DNA of 64,000 bases from Smithellaceae bacterium (GCA_963667845.2 CAXXVL010000002.1:1952001-2016000); one strand, 5' to 3'; positions 10,365 through 20,084 are shown, numbered from the stretch's first letter. Program-made: numbers and translations. Notes: generated by a model not told the origin, from the letters alone.

Positions 10365-10865
10365 TCAGCCGCATGCCTGAAACGCCTTGTGAAATACAAC
10401 ATTACCTTGAGGCACTTTTTCATTAAACGGCAAGACGAGGAAGAATTCCTGCGGAATTCCTTCATAAATTAAATCCGGAATATTTCTAAAGCCAAACCGT
10501 TTATAGTAATCAGGATCGCCCACAAGAGCACAACCCTGGCCGCCCCGCGTTTTCATCAATGACAATCCTTCGCGAATCAACGCCTTTCCAATGCCCTGTC
10601 GCTGCAATTGGGGCCCAACGGAAACAGGGCCGATGCCGTACCAATCCGGACTGCCATCGGAAATCGTGACGGGCGAAAAAGCGATGTGGCCTGCCACTTT
10701 TCCGTCAACCTCGGCGACGAGCGAGAGCGCCAGGACATTGGCGTTCCGCAACGCTCCTACGATGTACTGTTCCGTTTGTCTGCTAATCGGATGATTTTTG
10801 AAAGCGGCTATCGTGACTTCGTTTATGGCCTCTATATCTGAATTTGTTTCATTCCTTATGATCAT
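10365..10865 (-). CDS. GNAT family N-acetyltransferase (YhbS-like)
   Basis: GHIAFSPV, QRQGIGKALI, GDPDYYKRFGF. Confidence 0.9.
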   Translation of the reverse strand: MIIRNETNSDIEAINEVTIAAFKNHPISRQTEQYIVGALRNANVLALSLVAEVDGKVAGHIAFSPVTISDGSPDWYGIGPVSVGPQLQRQGIGKALIREGLSLMKTRGGQGCALVGDPDYYKRFGFRNIPDLIYEGIPQEFFLVLPFNEKVPQGNVVFHKAFQACG

Positions 10866-10899
10866 CTAAAACTCCGCATTTTTCAGGTGTCGGACGGTT

Positions 10900-10950
10900 C
10901 ATCAAAAGCTGTGCCGGAGCACGGCATTTGGCCGGGTGGATTCGTTTGCC
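10900..10950 (-). repeat. Possible highly decayed attC remnant
   Basis: AAAAGCT-GTGCCGGAGC...CGGGTGGATT resembles the local attC consensus; no intact R boxes. Confidence 0.3.
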
Positions 10951-11009
10951 TGCATAAAAATATTGTCCGCCTTCCGAGATAATCTGTTTCCCGCGGAAGG
11001 CATGTGCTA

Positions 11010-12050
11010 TTATAAACCCTGAAACTTAAATGGATTTGCAGTTTTAAATGAACGCGCGGCGTCTCCCGTATAGGTTTCATACTTTTCCAGCGCGAGTTTT
11101 TTAGCAGGCGCCTTTTCACTGAAATCGACTTTCTTAAAGTCCACCCAAAAGACATTCGGGGTCAGCACATTTTCAAAATAATAAACAAGGTTCTTCTGGT
11201 CGGACACCGATCTCCAGCGGGTGGAAGAAATATTGGGTTCATCCTTTGTGGATATCCCAAAGGGCACGGAGCAATTCCGGATCACGCTGAAAGCACCGGC
11301 AACGGCAATCCGGACATCGCTCGTCTGACGGATGGCCTTGATGTAATAGGACGCTCTGACAAAGCGGTCCGCCGCGCGGTTGGTTCCGGGGAGCATGATG
11401 GTTCCGGGGATGCTGCTCCAATATTCATTTAAGGCCAGCTGCTTGGAAAAGATCGGGGAGTTCGTCATGACATTATAGGATCGATCGTGATGAATCGTTA
11501 ATTTCCCCCCGATATATTCAAAGATGGCGCTGTCGCCTGTTGCATCGGAAATGGATAAATGCAGCGTGGCGTATTTATCCGAACCGGGCATGTAATCCGA
11601 AACGATCACAAATTTTTCTTTCTGCAGTTCATCGACGGCCTCTTTTACGGAAGCGAAATTATCCAATACATACTGCGCCCAGGCGGCAATTGTTAACCCT
11701 TTTTGTTTGCCGTCATATTTCGGATACCCGGATTCCGCGAGCCACAGCATGTTCGCTACCAGCCCCTTCTCGTTCATGCCGTCGGCCGTGCTGTTGTTAA
11801 AGGAGCTTACAACAACGCTGCCATACCGTGATTTCCAGGCAATGGAATTGGGGCCTACTTCGCCGTTACGCGTGAGCCCCCGGGGGAATATCCACATGTT
11901 CGCCGGTATTTCATCCCTCCAGTCCATCGACCGGGCGGTGATGACGGTGTTTTCGGGACCCTGATAGACAACGCGTGTACATGCCGCAGTCTCCATCGTG
12001 AAAAGCAGGTTCAGGACAGCACATAGTAGTAATACGGACAGTTTCTTCAT
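11010..12050 (-). CDS. Linear amide C-N hydrolase (choloylglycine hydrolase/penicillin V acylase family), exported
   Basis: Signal peptide then catalytic Cys (CTRVVY), ARSMDW, DGMNEKGL, MTNSP, DRFVRA. Confidence 0.9.
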   Translation of the reverse strand: MKKLSVLLLCAVLNLLFTMETAACTRVVYQGPENTVITARSMDWRDEIPANMWIFPRGLTRNGEVGPNSIAWKSRYGSVVVSSFNNSTADGMNEKGLVANMLWLAESGYPKYDGKQKGLTIAAWAQYVLDNFASVKEAVDELQKEKFVIVSDYMPGSDKYATLHLSISDATGDSAIFEYIGGKLTIHHDRSYNVMTNSPIFSKQLALNEYWSSIPGTIMLPGTNRAADRFVRASYYIKAIRQTSDVRIAVAGAFSVIRNCSVPFGISTKDEPNISSTRWRSVSDQKNLVYYFENVLTPNVFWVDFKKVDFSEKAPAKKLALEKYETYTGDAARSFKTANPFKFQGL

Positions 12051-12115
12051 GACGTTTTCCTCTCAATAAATGTTATGCAGCGTCTTTAAACGCTGTATTA
12101 GTTCACGCTTCTTTC

Positions 12116-13642
12116 TTATTTCTTCACGGCGTAGATTTTCTTAATCGCCTCACGGTCCGTTTCGCCGCCGCTTTTTTTCGGCAGCTGGTCAACAAAAAGG
12201 ACATGCTTCGGTTTCTTATAGCGCGCAATCCTGGATGCTACAAATTCTATAAGTTCCGTATCTTTTAAGTGGCGTCCTTTTTTCAGAACAGAGATCGCGA
12301 GCACGGCTTCTCCCCATTCGGCATCGGGAATGCCGATCACCGCAACTTCCTCTATATCCCCATGACCAAGAATGACTTCTTCCACTTCGGCCGGATAAAC
12401 ATTCTCACCGCCGGGCTTGATGAGTTCTTTTTCCGGATTTCTGCCCAAGTAATACAGGTAGCCTGCCTCGTCCATCTGCCCTCGATCACCCGTGTGATGC
12501 CACCGGTTGCGCGAGGTATAGGCTGAGTCCGCCTCGAGATTCCAATAACCCCAAAATACGGAAGGGGAGTGTACACATATTTCACCTTGTTCCCCCAGCG
12601 GCAATTCCCGATCCAAGTCATCAAAGATTGCCACCCGCGTCAGGAGTGCCGGACGGCCGATGCTGCCCGGTCTCTCCTTGATGTCGCAGCCCGAAACGGG
12701 CATGACTTCCGTTTGTCCATACAGGCTGTAAAAAGCCGCTCCGGGATTATTTTTCAAAAACCGTTCAATGGTATCCGGGCTGTCCATTCCTGCGACCCTT
12801 CGCAAACTTGATGCGTCCATGGGTTGTTTTTCCTGGGCATCGAGAATTGCGGCCAGCATGGGAGGAAACGTACAGAAAAATGTTCCGTGTTCCTTTTCGG
12901 TTTGTTTTAAAACGAGAACCGGGTCGAAACGATCCATGATCACGTTTGGGCCGCCTTGCAGCATAATAGCGAAGGTCATCGCAATCCCCCCGATATGGAA
13001 GAGAGGGAGAGTCCCCACATGACAATCACTGCTGGTCAGCTTGAACAGGTCGGCCATTTGGAAGCCGACCGCCATGATATTTGCCTGGCTCAAAACGCAG
13101 CCGCGCGGCTTCCCGCCGACCGCGGCTGTATGAATAATCACGAAGGCTTGACCTTCGGAAGCCGGCGCTGGCGGGGTCACCGGATGATCATTCGAGAACA
13201 GCGCCCCGAAAGGAATGAAATCATCTTCATTGTTTTCTGCTTTAAACAAATAATATTTTTGAATGGATGGGACAGCCAGCGAGGCCTTATAAGCCATATC
13301 CTTATAATCAAGGCTTGCGAAAATGCATTTCGGCTGTGAATCCTGGAGAATATATTTGATCTCTCCTTCCCCTAATCGGAAATTCACGGGAACGATGATG
13401 GCGCCGATCTTTGCCGCCGCGCCGCTCAAGATCAGGAAATCATCGCAGTTCCCCGATAATATGGCAATTCGGTCGCCTGTCGTGAGGCCGTCTTTAATGA
13501 GGCCGGCGGCGCATTGATCGCACCGCGTTTGAAATTCGAGAAAAGAAATACGGGTATCCCCGTGGATGATTGCAGTTTTTCCGGCGTATAAACCGGCATT
13601 ACGGGCAATCATATCGTAAATTGTAAAATCACATCTCTGCAT
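12116..13642 (-). CDS. Acyl-CoA synthetase (AMP-binding)
   Basis: HTAAVGGKPRG, YGQTE, HTGD, GGENVYPAEVE. Confidence 0.9.
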   Translation of the reverse strand: MQRCDFTIYDMIARNAGLYAGKTAIIHGDTRISFLEFQTRCDQCAAGLIKDGLTTGDRIAILSGNCDDFLILSGAAAKIGAIIVPVNFRLGEGEIKYILQDSQPKCIFASLDYKDMAYKASLAVPSIQKYYLFKAENNEDDFIPFGALFSNDHPVTPPAPASEGQAFVIIHTAAVGGKPRGCVLSQANIMAVGFQMADLFKLTSSDCHVGTLPLFHIGGIAMTFAIMLQGGPNVIMDRFDPVLVLKQTEKEHGTFFCTFPPMLAAILDAQEKQPMDASSLRRVAGMDSPDTIERFLKNNPGAAFYSLYGQTEVMPVSGCDIKERPGSIGRPALLTRVAIFDDLDRELPLGEQGEICVHSPSVFWGYWNLEADSAYTSRNRWHHTGDRGQMDEAGYLYYLGRNPEKELIKPGGENVYPAEVEEVILGHGDIEEVAVIGIPDAEWGEAVLAISVLKKGRHLKDTELIEFVASRIARYKKPKHVLFVDQLPKKSGGETDREAIKKIYAVKK

Positions 13643-13805
13643 GACCGAACCCTCGGGAAAATTTATTTGGATTATGATAGCAGTTGAGATTCTTCAAAGC
13701 TTTCAAAGGCGATAAAGCAATCATCAAAAACAGTATAGTCACTTGCAGCAGTTGTTAAATATTGACTTGCCTCAAGTCCATGCCTTGTGCAAAGCGCTTT
13801 CGGGA

Positions 13806-14624
13806 TCAGGAAATCGTGTACCCGCCATCGAGATACAAAGTTTGGCCGGTCATATAGTCCGAAGCTTCGGAAGCCAGATACAAAGCAAGCAAACCCACTT
13901 CGCGCGGCTCGCCAAATCTTCCCAGTGGAACCGACCGAAGATAGTCCTGGCTGATTTCCTCACTGGAATGGATCTTTTCCAGCATCGCCGTTACCACACC
14001 GCCGGGTCCGATACAATTGACCGTGATGTTGAATCCGGCCAGTTCATTCGCCAGACTCCTGGAAAGTGCGACGATTGCAGCCTTCGTTGCCGGATAAACA
14101 CCTTGCAGTGCCGTGTATTTAATAGCGGCGGTCGATACGATATTAATGATTTTTCCTTTTTTATTCTGGATCATGTTTGGGATCACGAGTCTCGTTAGAT
14201 CGTATCCACCCTTCACATTTGTATTCCAGATGTTATTCCACTCATCGTTTGTCAGCGGTTCGTTGACATCCGGAATCAACTGAGCAAGTTTCATGTTTTC
14301 TGCGCCCGGTACAGGGATTGTCATTTTCAGAGAATCGAGCCCCGCGTTATTGACGAGGATATCTATTTTGCCGAACATCGCCAGTGCCGTATCCACGAGC
14401 CTCTTCAACTGATCCGCGTTATTAATATCAGTAGGGACGGTAACGCAGCGGCGGCCGTGCATCATGACCTCTTCGGCCGTTTCATCCAATTCCTGCGGCG
14501 TTCTGCTTGCGGCAACAATATCGGCACCGGCCTCGGCAAACGTCGATGCTATCGCTCTGCCGATACCCCGCCCGGCCCCCGTTACTAAGGCAACTTTGCC
14601 CTCCAGACTGAATTCTTTTATCAT
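13806..14624 (-). CDS. SDR family oxidoreductase
   Basis: TGAGRGIG, NNAG, YPATK. Confidence 0.92.
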   Translation of the reverse strand: MIKEFSLEGKVALVTGAGRGIGRAIASTFAEAGADIVAASRTPQELDETAEEVMMHGRRCVTVPTDINNADQLKRLVDTALAMFGKIDILVNNAGLDSLKMTIPVPGAENMKLAQLIPDVNEPLTNDEWNNIWNTNVKGGYDLTRLVIPNMIQNKKGKIINIVSTAAIKYTALQGVYPATKAAIVALSRSLANELAGFNITVNCIGPGGVVTAMLEKIHSSEEISQDYLRSVPLGRFGEPREVGLLALYLASEASDYMTGQTLYLDGGYTIS

Positions 14625-14728
14625 GTGTCTATCCCTGATCTTATGTTGATAATGAAATAACTATCTGTAACCATGGCGTAATGGTAAATCAAATTTCCTC
14701 ATAAATCAAATTGTATTCGATTCTTCCA

Positions 14729-14777
14729 TAGCCGGCAGCGAGCTGCGATCGTGTTTTATATCGCGGTGGCGTTCTGT
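14729..14777 (-). repeat. Decayed attC remnant
   Basis: AGCCGGCAGCGAGCTGCGATCG matches the attC core CAGCCGGAGC...GCGATCGG. Confidence 0.35.
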
Positions 14778-14839
14778 GGCCAATAGTTGATCAGCCGGGA
14801 CAGAATTCCTTATAACGCAAAAATCCGCATCGTTTCTGA

Positions 14840-15100
14840 TCACTTACTTGTCTGTTTTGGTTTTATTGCTTCCACCACCTGGCGGACATCGCCCAGGCAT
14901 CACTTGCCTGTGGGATTCTTTACCTCGCACTGACAACTACCGGTGCTTTTTTCTTTTTTGATCTTTTCCAGGATGGTTGAGCAATCATTCTCAATAAAAT
15001 CCTGTTCAATGTCTCTTTTGGTATAACGAAAGCAATAGCATATCAAATCATCATCTTTGAGATGACGTTTAGGATTTACCGCTTTGTTTAAGAGATTCAT
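14840..15100 (-). CDS. BFD/CopZ-like [2Fe-2S] protein, probable selenoprotein (UGA at 14900-14902)
   Basis: ICYCF...CQCEVKNPTGK-TGA-CLGDVRQVVEAIK; family motif NPxGxCC; hairpin directly after TGA. Confidence 0.7.
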
Positions 15101-15123
15101 TATTTATTTCCTGCAGGTAATGT

Positions 15124-15165
15124 GAGACGGAGCCCGAAAGCAGCGATCTGCCCGCAACATTTTTT
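15124..15165 (-). repeat. Decayed attC remnant
   Basis: GAGACGGAGCCCGAAAGCAGCGATCTG aligns with CAGCCGGAGCCGCGAAGCGGCGATCGG of attC 25490. Confidence 0.4.
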
Positions 15166-15466
15166 TCATTCATCAAATAGAGCCGCTTCCTTTAAATTTT
15201 CCTTTACCCGATGGGGCCTGCCGCCGCGTTTGCGGTTGCTGACGTCTTGCTTCACCGTACCGACCCATAGTTGATCTGGCGCAAAGACCGATCACATCAC
15301 TGATGTCGGGCTTTGACCGGAAGCAGGCGCCTTGCGATCACTTCGGAGCGAGTTCGCCGAACCAGTAGGCAGCCGTGACTCCGCCGTCCGGCCCCATGAG
15401 AAGAGCGCCAACGTTCCCCACCGCACCGCCTCGGCCATTACCCGCATGTGCCTATAAGGTAATCGG

Positions 15467-15518
15467 GCCTGACGAAAAATCAAGAGCGGCTGCGACTGGC
15501 TGAATTGTCCGGTTCTAT
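15467..15518 (-). repeat. Degenerate attC
   Basis: GCCTGAC-GAAAAATCA...GCGACTGGCTGAATT...GTTCTAT, 2 nt after a stop codon. Confidence 0.5.
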
Positions 15519-15520
15519 GT

Positions 15521-15856
15521 TCATTCGGAGATCAGCAATTTCTTTTCTTTGAGGATCTTCTCAACTTGCCCGGTGTTCTCCACCGTAAAACCGATATCAA
15601 CCCATTGGTTCTTTAGCCTGGCAAAAAAGATTTTATCCCGCTTGCAGCGCTTATTATCTCTGGGATACCAGATTTTGAAGTTCCCGGTTCCGTGAATTCG
15701 CCATTTGCCATTCCAGATGGTCGATCTCTCGACCGTAATACGTTCAATGTCGGTTAATCGTACAACCTTGCTCTTACCCGTTGGAAAATAGTAATGTTCA
15801 AAAATAATGTCATCTTCCGTTATGGTTATTAGATTGTCTTGATAAATTATTTGCAC
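15521..15856 (-). CDS. Hypothetical cassette protein
   Basis: 111-aa ORF filling the interval between two attC-like sites. Confidence 0.7.
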   Translation of the reverse strand: MQIIYQDNLITITEDDIIFEHYYFPTGKSKVVRLTDIERITVERSTIWNGKWRIHGTGNFKIWYPRDNKRCKRDKIFFARLKNQWVDIGFTVENTGQVEKILKEKKLLISE

Positions 15857-15868
15857 CTTTAGCCTCGA

Positions 15869-15925
15869 TATAAACGCTGAAAGCGGCCGGAGCGCAGCGA
15901 TCGGCTCTACCGGCTTTACTTATAT
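15869..15925 (-). repeat. Degenerate attC
   Basis: Core GCCGGAGCGCAGCGATCGGCT intact; R boxes altered. Confidence 0.65.
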
Positions 15926-15930
15926 TCATT

Positions 15931-16818
15931 TCAAACAATGGCCTGCACAGCATGTTTGGAAATGGCGTCTGCTATTTGGGCCCAAACCCCTTTGGGCATG
16001 TCATGCCCCATCCCGTTAATCATCAATAATCTTGCTCCGGGTATTACTCGAGCTGTATCTTTTCCTGCTTCGACCGGTATCAAAGGATCATCAACCCCAT
16101 GAATTACAAGTGTTGGAATCCTTAAAGATGAAAGCGACTCTGTTCGATCGTCATTGGCAATCAGAGCTATGTTTTGCCGCACCGCTCCCTGGGGGCAGTA
16201 GGAACGATCATAGCTTTCCTCGATGAACGTTCTGGCTCTGTTTTCCTCAAATGGAAATCCGGGACTCCAAATCGACCGCCATACATTCATCATGTGTTCA
16301 ACAAAAGCTTTGCGCCCTTCCGGTGCAGGTGCGAGAACAGCAGCTATTGTTTCCGGTTTCGCCTGCGGAAGATCAGGATTCCCCGTGGTCGACATAATTG
16401 AAGTGAGACTCAAGACGCGTGTTTGATGTCGATAAGCGATAACCTGGGCGATCATACCGCCCATTGAAGCGCCGCAGATGTGCGCTTTCTCAATGCCCAG
16501 AGCATCAAGCAGACCAACGGCGTCATCTGCCATATCATCAAGAGAATATGCCGATTCCACAGGCTTACCTTCCATTAAAGCTTTTATTGCCGCCGGAAAG
16601 TCAGGAATCCCCGCTTCGTCAAATTTTGTCGAAAGGCCTGCATCCCGGTTGTCAAACCGAATCACAAAATAACCTTTGTTCATTAATAACTGGCAGAATT
16701 CGACATCCCAAAAAAGCAGCTGAGCGCCATTGCCGGCAACCAGTAATAATGCAGGCAATGAACGATCACCGAAAGTATCATATTCAATTTGGATTCCATT
16801 TGCCGTCACGTTTGGCAT
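15931..16818 (-). CDS. Alpha/beta hydrolase
   Basis: RFDNRDAGLS, GASMGG nucleophile elbow, HGVDDPLIP, GMGHD. Confidence 0.92.
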   Translation of the reverse strand: MPNVTANGIQIEYDTFGDRSLPALLLVAGNGAQLLFWDVEFCQLLMNKGYFVIRFDNRDAGLSTKFDEAGIPDFPAAIKALMEGKPVESAYSLDDMADDAVGLLDALGIEKAHICGASMGGMIAQVIAYRHQTRVLSLTSIMSTTGNPDLPQAKPETIAAVLAPAPEGRKAFVEHMMNVWRSIWSPGFPFEENRARTFIEESYDRSYCPQGAVRQNIALIANDDRTESLSSLRIPTLVIHGVDDPLIPVEAGKDTARVIPGARLLMINGMGHDMPKGVWAQIADAISKHAVQAIV

Positions 16819-16868
16819 GGCTTACTCCTTGTTCTGTTAATATCATGAATGACTGTATTTATCTTGTC

Positions 16869-16925
16869 CACCAACGGCAGGCATCACCGGTAGCGTCAGC
16901 GAGCCGGTGTATGCCGGTGTTAGAC
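16869..16925 (-). repeat. attC site
   Basis: CACCAAC...GCATCACCGG/CCGGTGTATGC...GTTAGAC, 57 bp imperfect palindrome. Confidence 0.8.
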
Positions 16926-16936
16926 CATGAATAGCT

Positions 16937-17506
16937 CTATATTCGTTGCTTCTTATCAAAAACAGCATGAAGGGGATTTTTGGGATCGACCCACAATTTA
17001 CATGTGCTGTCCGGCTGCATTCGCTCGTTCAAATACTTTTGGACAAGATCCTGTGACCGGAATCCCGCTATATGGGATGCCTCGGGAGTAACCCTGTATT
17101 CTATTCCGTTATGAATGAATTCACAAAGCAACCTGAATTCCCAAAGGTTTTTTACATTCCCTTTGCTCGGGTAATGGCGTTCCTGAATGTCGCGGTCAAT
17201 GCACCGCGCTGTAAGGTGAAGCCACCCGGCCTGCTTATTGATGGAAGCGTAAATACGGCCCAGAAAAATCATAGTAAGCCCGGCAAGCCCCACTGCAAGC
17301 ACCGGCCATTGCGCATTTTTAAAAACGATCAAATAGAGGACTGAAACAAAAAACAGTGCAGCACCGCCAAACCCGGTAAGCAGTGTCAGCGGGGTGTTAT
17401 GAATATACTCGGCTTGGCCCGGCTCCTGCCAGGGAATCCATTTTATCCGCCAACCGCGATCACGGATTTGGTCCTGATAATCGCGAAGCTTCTGCTTGAT
17501 GCTCAT
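16937..17506 (-). CDS. Hypothetical two-TM membrane protein (DUF3592-like C-terminus)
   Basis: Two TM helices, ends WVDPKNP..AV; bounded by attC-like sites. Confidence 0.65.
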   Translation of the reverse strand: MSIKQKLRDYQDQIRDRGWRIKWIPWQEPGQAEYIHNTPLTLLTGFGGAALFFVSVLYLIVFKNAQWPVLAVGLAGLTMIFLGRIYASINKQAGWLHLTARCIDRDIQERHYPSKGNVKNLWEFRLLCEFIHNGIEYRVTPEASHIAGFRSQDLVQKYLNERMQPDSTCKLWVDPKNPLHAVFDKKQRI

Positions 17507-17510
17507 TTGA

Positions 17511-17573
17511 CCTCCAAAAAAATCAGCCGGAGCAGCAAAGCGGGCTGCGAGCGGCTCTGGCGTTTTGTTAACC
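17511..17573 (-). repeat. Degenerate attC (R' box damaged)
   Basis: AAAAAATCAGCCGGAGCAGC...GCTGCGAGCGGCT...GTTAACC; AAC missing at left end. Confidence 0.7.
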
Positions 17574-17588
17574 GTTTCCTTATCTGCC

Positions 17589-18269
17589 CTATCGAGCTAA
17601 CTTCGCCAATACCGGGTCCCGCGCCCAAGTGCGTATAGCATTCCAGTCGCGAAAATCCCCTTCCGGCGTCCCTTTGGATTTGAGAATCTTTTTGTTCAGC
17701 CATGACAGATTGTTGTAGTCCAGAGTCCCGGCGAATGTTCCGAGACCGACAGGTCTTATCTCCGGCACAGCCTTAAGTACGGGGTCCATGTAAGACAGCA
17801 CTTCCGCCTGTTTCTTTTCCGTCGGCTGGGCTAGAGTCATACACACGAGGAAATACGCGACAGGCACTCGACGCAGGCTGTCCTTGTTACTCTTAACAAA
17901 ATCTACCGCCTCAGACATCCACTTGCCCATATAGATCGCACTGCCTATTACCACTGACTGATAGGAACCGACATTACGGACATTCTTGATTTGCGCAACG
18001 TCGGCAGTCATGCCCCTGCTGCATAATTCCTTTCCGATAGCATCGGCGACTCCCGCGGTGGAACCGTATTTGCTGGCGTAGGTGATCAATACTTTTTTCT
18101 TCATGTTTTTCTCATCTCCATATCGACCTTCGGGGAACTTGATCTGGGCTGCATGGCTATCCCCTGCACCCAACATATCACCGAGTGACATTGCCGTAAT
18201 CAGGCCGGCGGACAGGGCCAGGAAATTCCGGCGGTTGACTCTCCAGAGGTCATTATCTTCATTGCCCAT
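17589..18269 (-). CDS. Flavodoxin-domain (HemG-like) protein with twin-arginine signal
   Basis: NRRNFL; YASKYGST, GSAIYMGKW, GDFRDWNAIRTWA. Confidence 0.85.
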   Translation of the reverse strand: MGNEDNDLWRVNRRNFLALSAGLITAMSLGDMLGAGDSHAAQIKFPEGRYGDEKNMKKKVLITYASKYGSTAGVADAIGKELCSRGMTADVAQIKNVRNVGSYQSVVIGSAIYMGKWMSEAVDFVKSNKDSLRRVPVAYFLVCMTLAQPTEKKQAEVLSYMDPVLKAVPEIRPVGLGTFAGTLDYNNLSWLNKKILKSKGTPEGDFRDWNAIRTWARDPVLAKLAR

Positions 18270-18342
18270 TACAACACCTCCTTTGCATTATTTGTTCTTC
18301 AAGTACCCTCAGCCTCTCAATTGATACGAATGATCTTCCCAT

Positions 18343-18400
18343 GCAGAACGTTTTAAGTCAACGGCGGCCGTCATCCATTCGTGGGAGTGATTTGTTGGCC
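18343..18400 (-). repeat. Degenerate attC
   Basis: GCAGAAC...GTTGGCC, 58 bp, 4 nt after a stop; weak internal pairing. Confidence 0.5.
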
Positions 18401-18404
18401 GGGT

Positions 18405-19175
18405 TTAGAACTCCATCAATTCTCCATCTGCCGGAATAATCACTTTGTCGGACAATCCTTCTCTCAATACAGCATCTCTCAGCATAGCTCGAGTAGTCAA
18501 ACAATGATTGAAGGCATCCAGATGCACGGCAACGACCTTGCCGGGAGCGGTTCTTATAAACTCCAGTTGCTCATCAAGAGGCATGAGAATGGGTTTGCCA
18601 AAATCAAGTGCTGCCGTTCCTGCATTCAATATGGACACATCAGGCCGAAGATCATTAAGGACATTTCTGACAGTCCGGGTCATCACCGTATCGCCGCTGA
18701 TATAAAGTGATTTGTCCTCCGGCAGTTCAATAAAATATCCAGCTCCGGGTCCCATGAGCACACCGGCTAACCCGTGTCCGTGCGCAGTTGGGAAAGTGGT
18801 GATCCTCCCTGCGAGAAATTGGCTGACCTTCTTCATTGCCAGGGGGATTGCATTGATATGGTGTCGTTTCAGAGACGGCTCATCTATGGCGTTGCAATAT
18901 ACAGGCACCTGTTTCTGCGCCAACAGGCGAAATCCGGATTTATCAAGATGATCAAAATGACCATAACGAAAATGGGTAATGAGCCCGCATGTGATCCGGC
19001 TTAATAGAAGTTCCGAGTTCGGCGGCAGATCAACTATAGGGTTGAATCGGGGCCTCTTGCGAAAAAGCGTATAGGGCGGCAGGCTTCCTTTTGGATTCAG
19101 GCAGGGGTCTACTAAAATTCTCTGTTCATTGCTGTGAATGATCATGCATGCATTTCGGATATGATATATCTTCAC
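18405..19175 (-). CDS. MBL-fold metallo-hydrolase
   Basis: ILVDP, THFRYGHFDH, SGDT, VHLDAFNH. Confidence 0.88.
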   Translation of the reverse strand: MKIYHIRNACMIIHSNEQRILVDPCLNPKGSLPPYTLFRKRPRFNPIVDLPPNSELLLSRITCGLITHFRYGHFDHLDKSGFRLLAQKQVPVYCNAIDEPSLKRHHINAIPLAMKKVSQFLAGRITTFPTAHGHGLAGVLMGPGAGYFIELPEDKSLYISGDTVMTRTVRNVLNDLRPDVSILNAGTAALDFGKPILMPLDEQLEFIRTAPGKVVAVHLDAFNHCLTTRAMLRDAVLREGLSDKVIIPADGELMEF

Positions 19176-19195
19176 AAATCAAACTCCGAGAATTG

Positions 19196-19251
19196 GGCCC
19201 ACGAAAAAATCACGCGGAGCATAGCAATAGGCTGTATTGACCTTGTTGGGC
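19196..19251 (-). repeat. attC with mutated crossover triplet
   Basis: GGCCCAC (AAC>CAC)-GAAAAAATCACGCGGAGCATAGCAATAGGCTGTATT...GTTGGGC. Confidence 0.8.
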
Positions 19252-19258
19252 CACGCTA

Positions 19259-19942
19259 TCATCTGGACACCCAGCCGCCGCAGACAGGGAACACCTGCCC
19301 GACAAAACAGCTTGCCGGCTCACTGCATAGATAAGCGGCAAATTCAGCATCTTCTCTCGCTCCCACGAGACGCCCCAGAGGGACCTCTCGCTTCAAACGT
19401 TCCTGAAATCGAGGGTTCTCCTGCACTTCCGCGGGGAAGTAGGTCGGATTGTCGACAAAGTTTTGCGCGATTGCATTCACTTGAACATTATGGACCGCAA
19501 CCTCCACGCCGACGGCCTGCACGTAGGCAAGCTGCGCACCGCGCGCGGCACTGTATGTCGATGCGCGCTTCATTCCGCGCAAGGCGGATGCGCTGCCCAT
19601 AACGAGAATCTTGCCTGCACGACGCTCTATCATGGCAGGCAACACAGCCTGAAACAACCGGGGAAGCGGATCCACCAGAACGGCAAAGATGTTTCGCCAT
19701 TCTTCAACTGACACTTCCGTGACAGGGGTAGTGGGCGCCGGAACGGCCAGGTTGGCAACGAGCACATCGATATGGCCTGCCGCAGCTACGATGCCGGTGG
19801 GTGCGTTAAGGCTCGTAAGCGGCTCTGTACTGGCAATGACAACAGCACCATGCTCGGCAAACACCTCACAAAGCGTCGGACCCATAAACGCATCCGCCTG
19901 GGTGATTAACACTCGCTTATCTCTAAGGCTTTGATCTGTCAT
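19259..19942 (-). CDS. SDR family oxidoreductase
   Basis: YSAARGA, NVQVNAIAQNF, FVGQVFPVCGG. Confidence 0.85.
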   Translation of the reverse strand: MTDQSLRDKRVLITQADAFMGPTLCEVFAEHGAVVIASTEPLTSLNAPTGIVAAAGHIDVLVANLAVPAPTTPVTEVSVEEWRNIFAVLVDPLPRLFQAVLPAMIERRAGKILVMGSASALRGMKRASTYSAARGAQLAYVQAVGVEVAVHNVQVNAIAQNFVDNPTYFPAEVQENPRFQERLKREVPLGRLVGAREDAEFAAYLCSEPASCFVGQVFPVCGGWVSR

Positions 19943-19991
19943 TATTCCCTCCTGCGCATCATTATGCGAATAGTATCTGCTCATATTACAA

Positions 19992-20023
19992 GGGCCACGA
20001 TCCGCTTCAGCGTCTCGTTAGGC
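19992..20023 (-). repeat. Half attC (one arm deleted)
   Basis: GGGCCACGATCCGCTTCAGCGTCTCGTTAGGC matches only the right arm of the local attC consensus. Confidence 0.55.
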
Positions 20024-20084
20024 AATTATTCTTTGCTACCAGTATCGATCAACCTCTTTGCCCATGGCTTACACAGTACCATAT

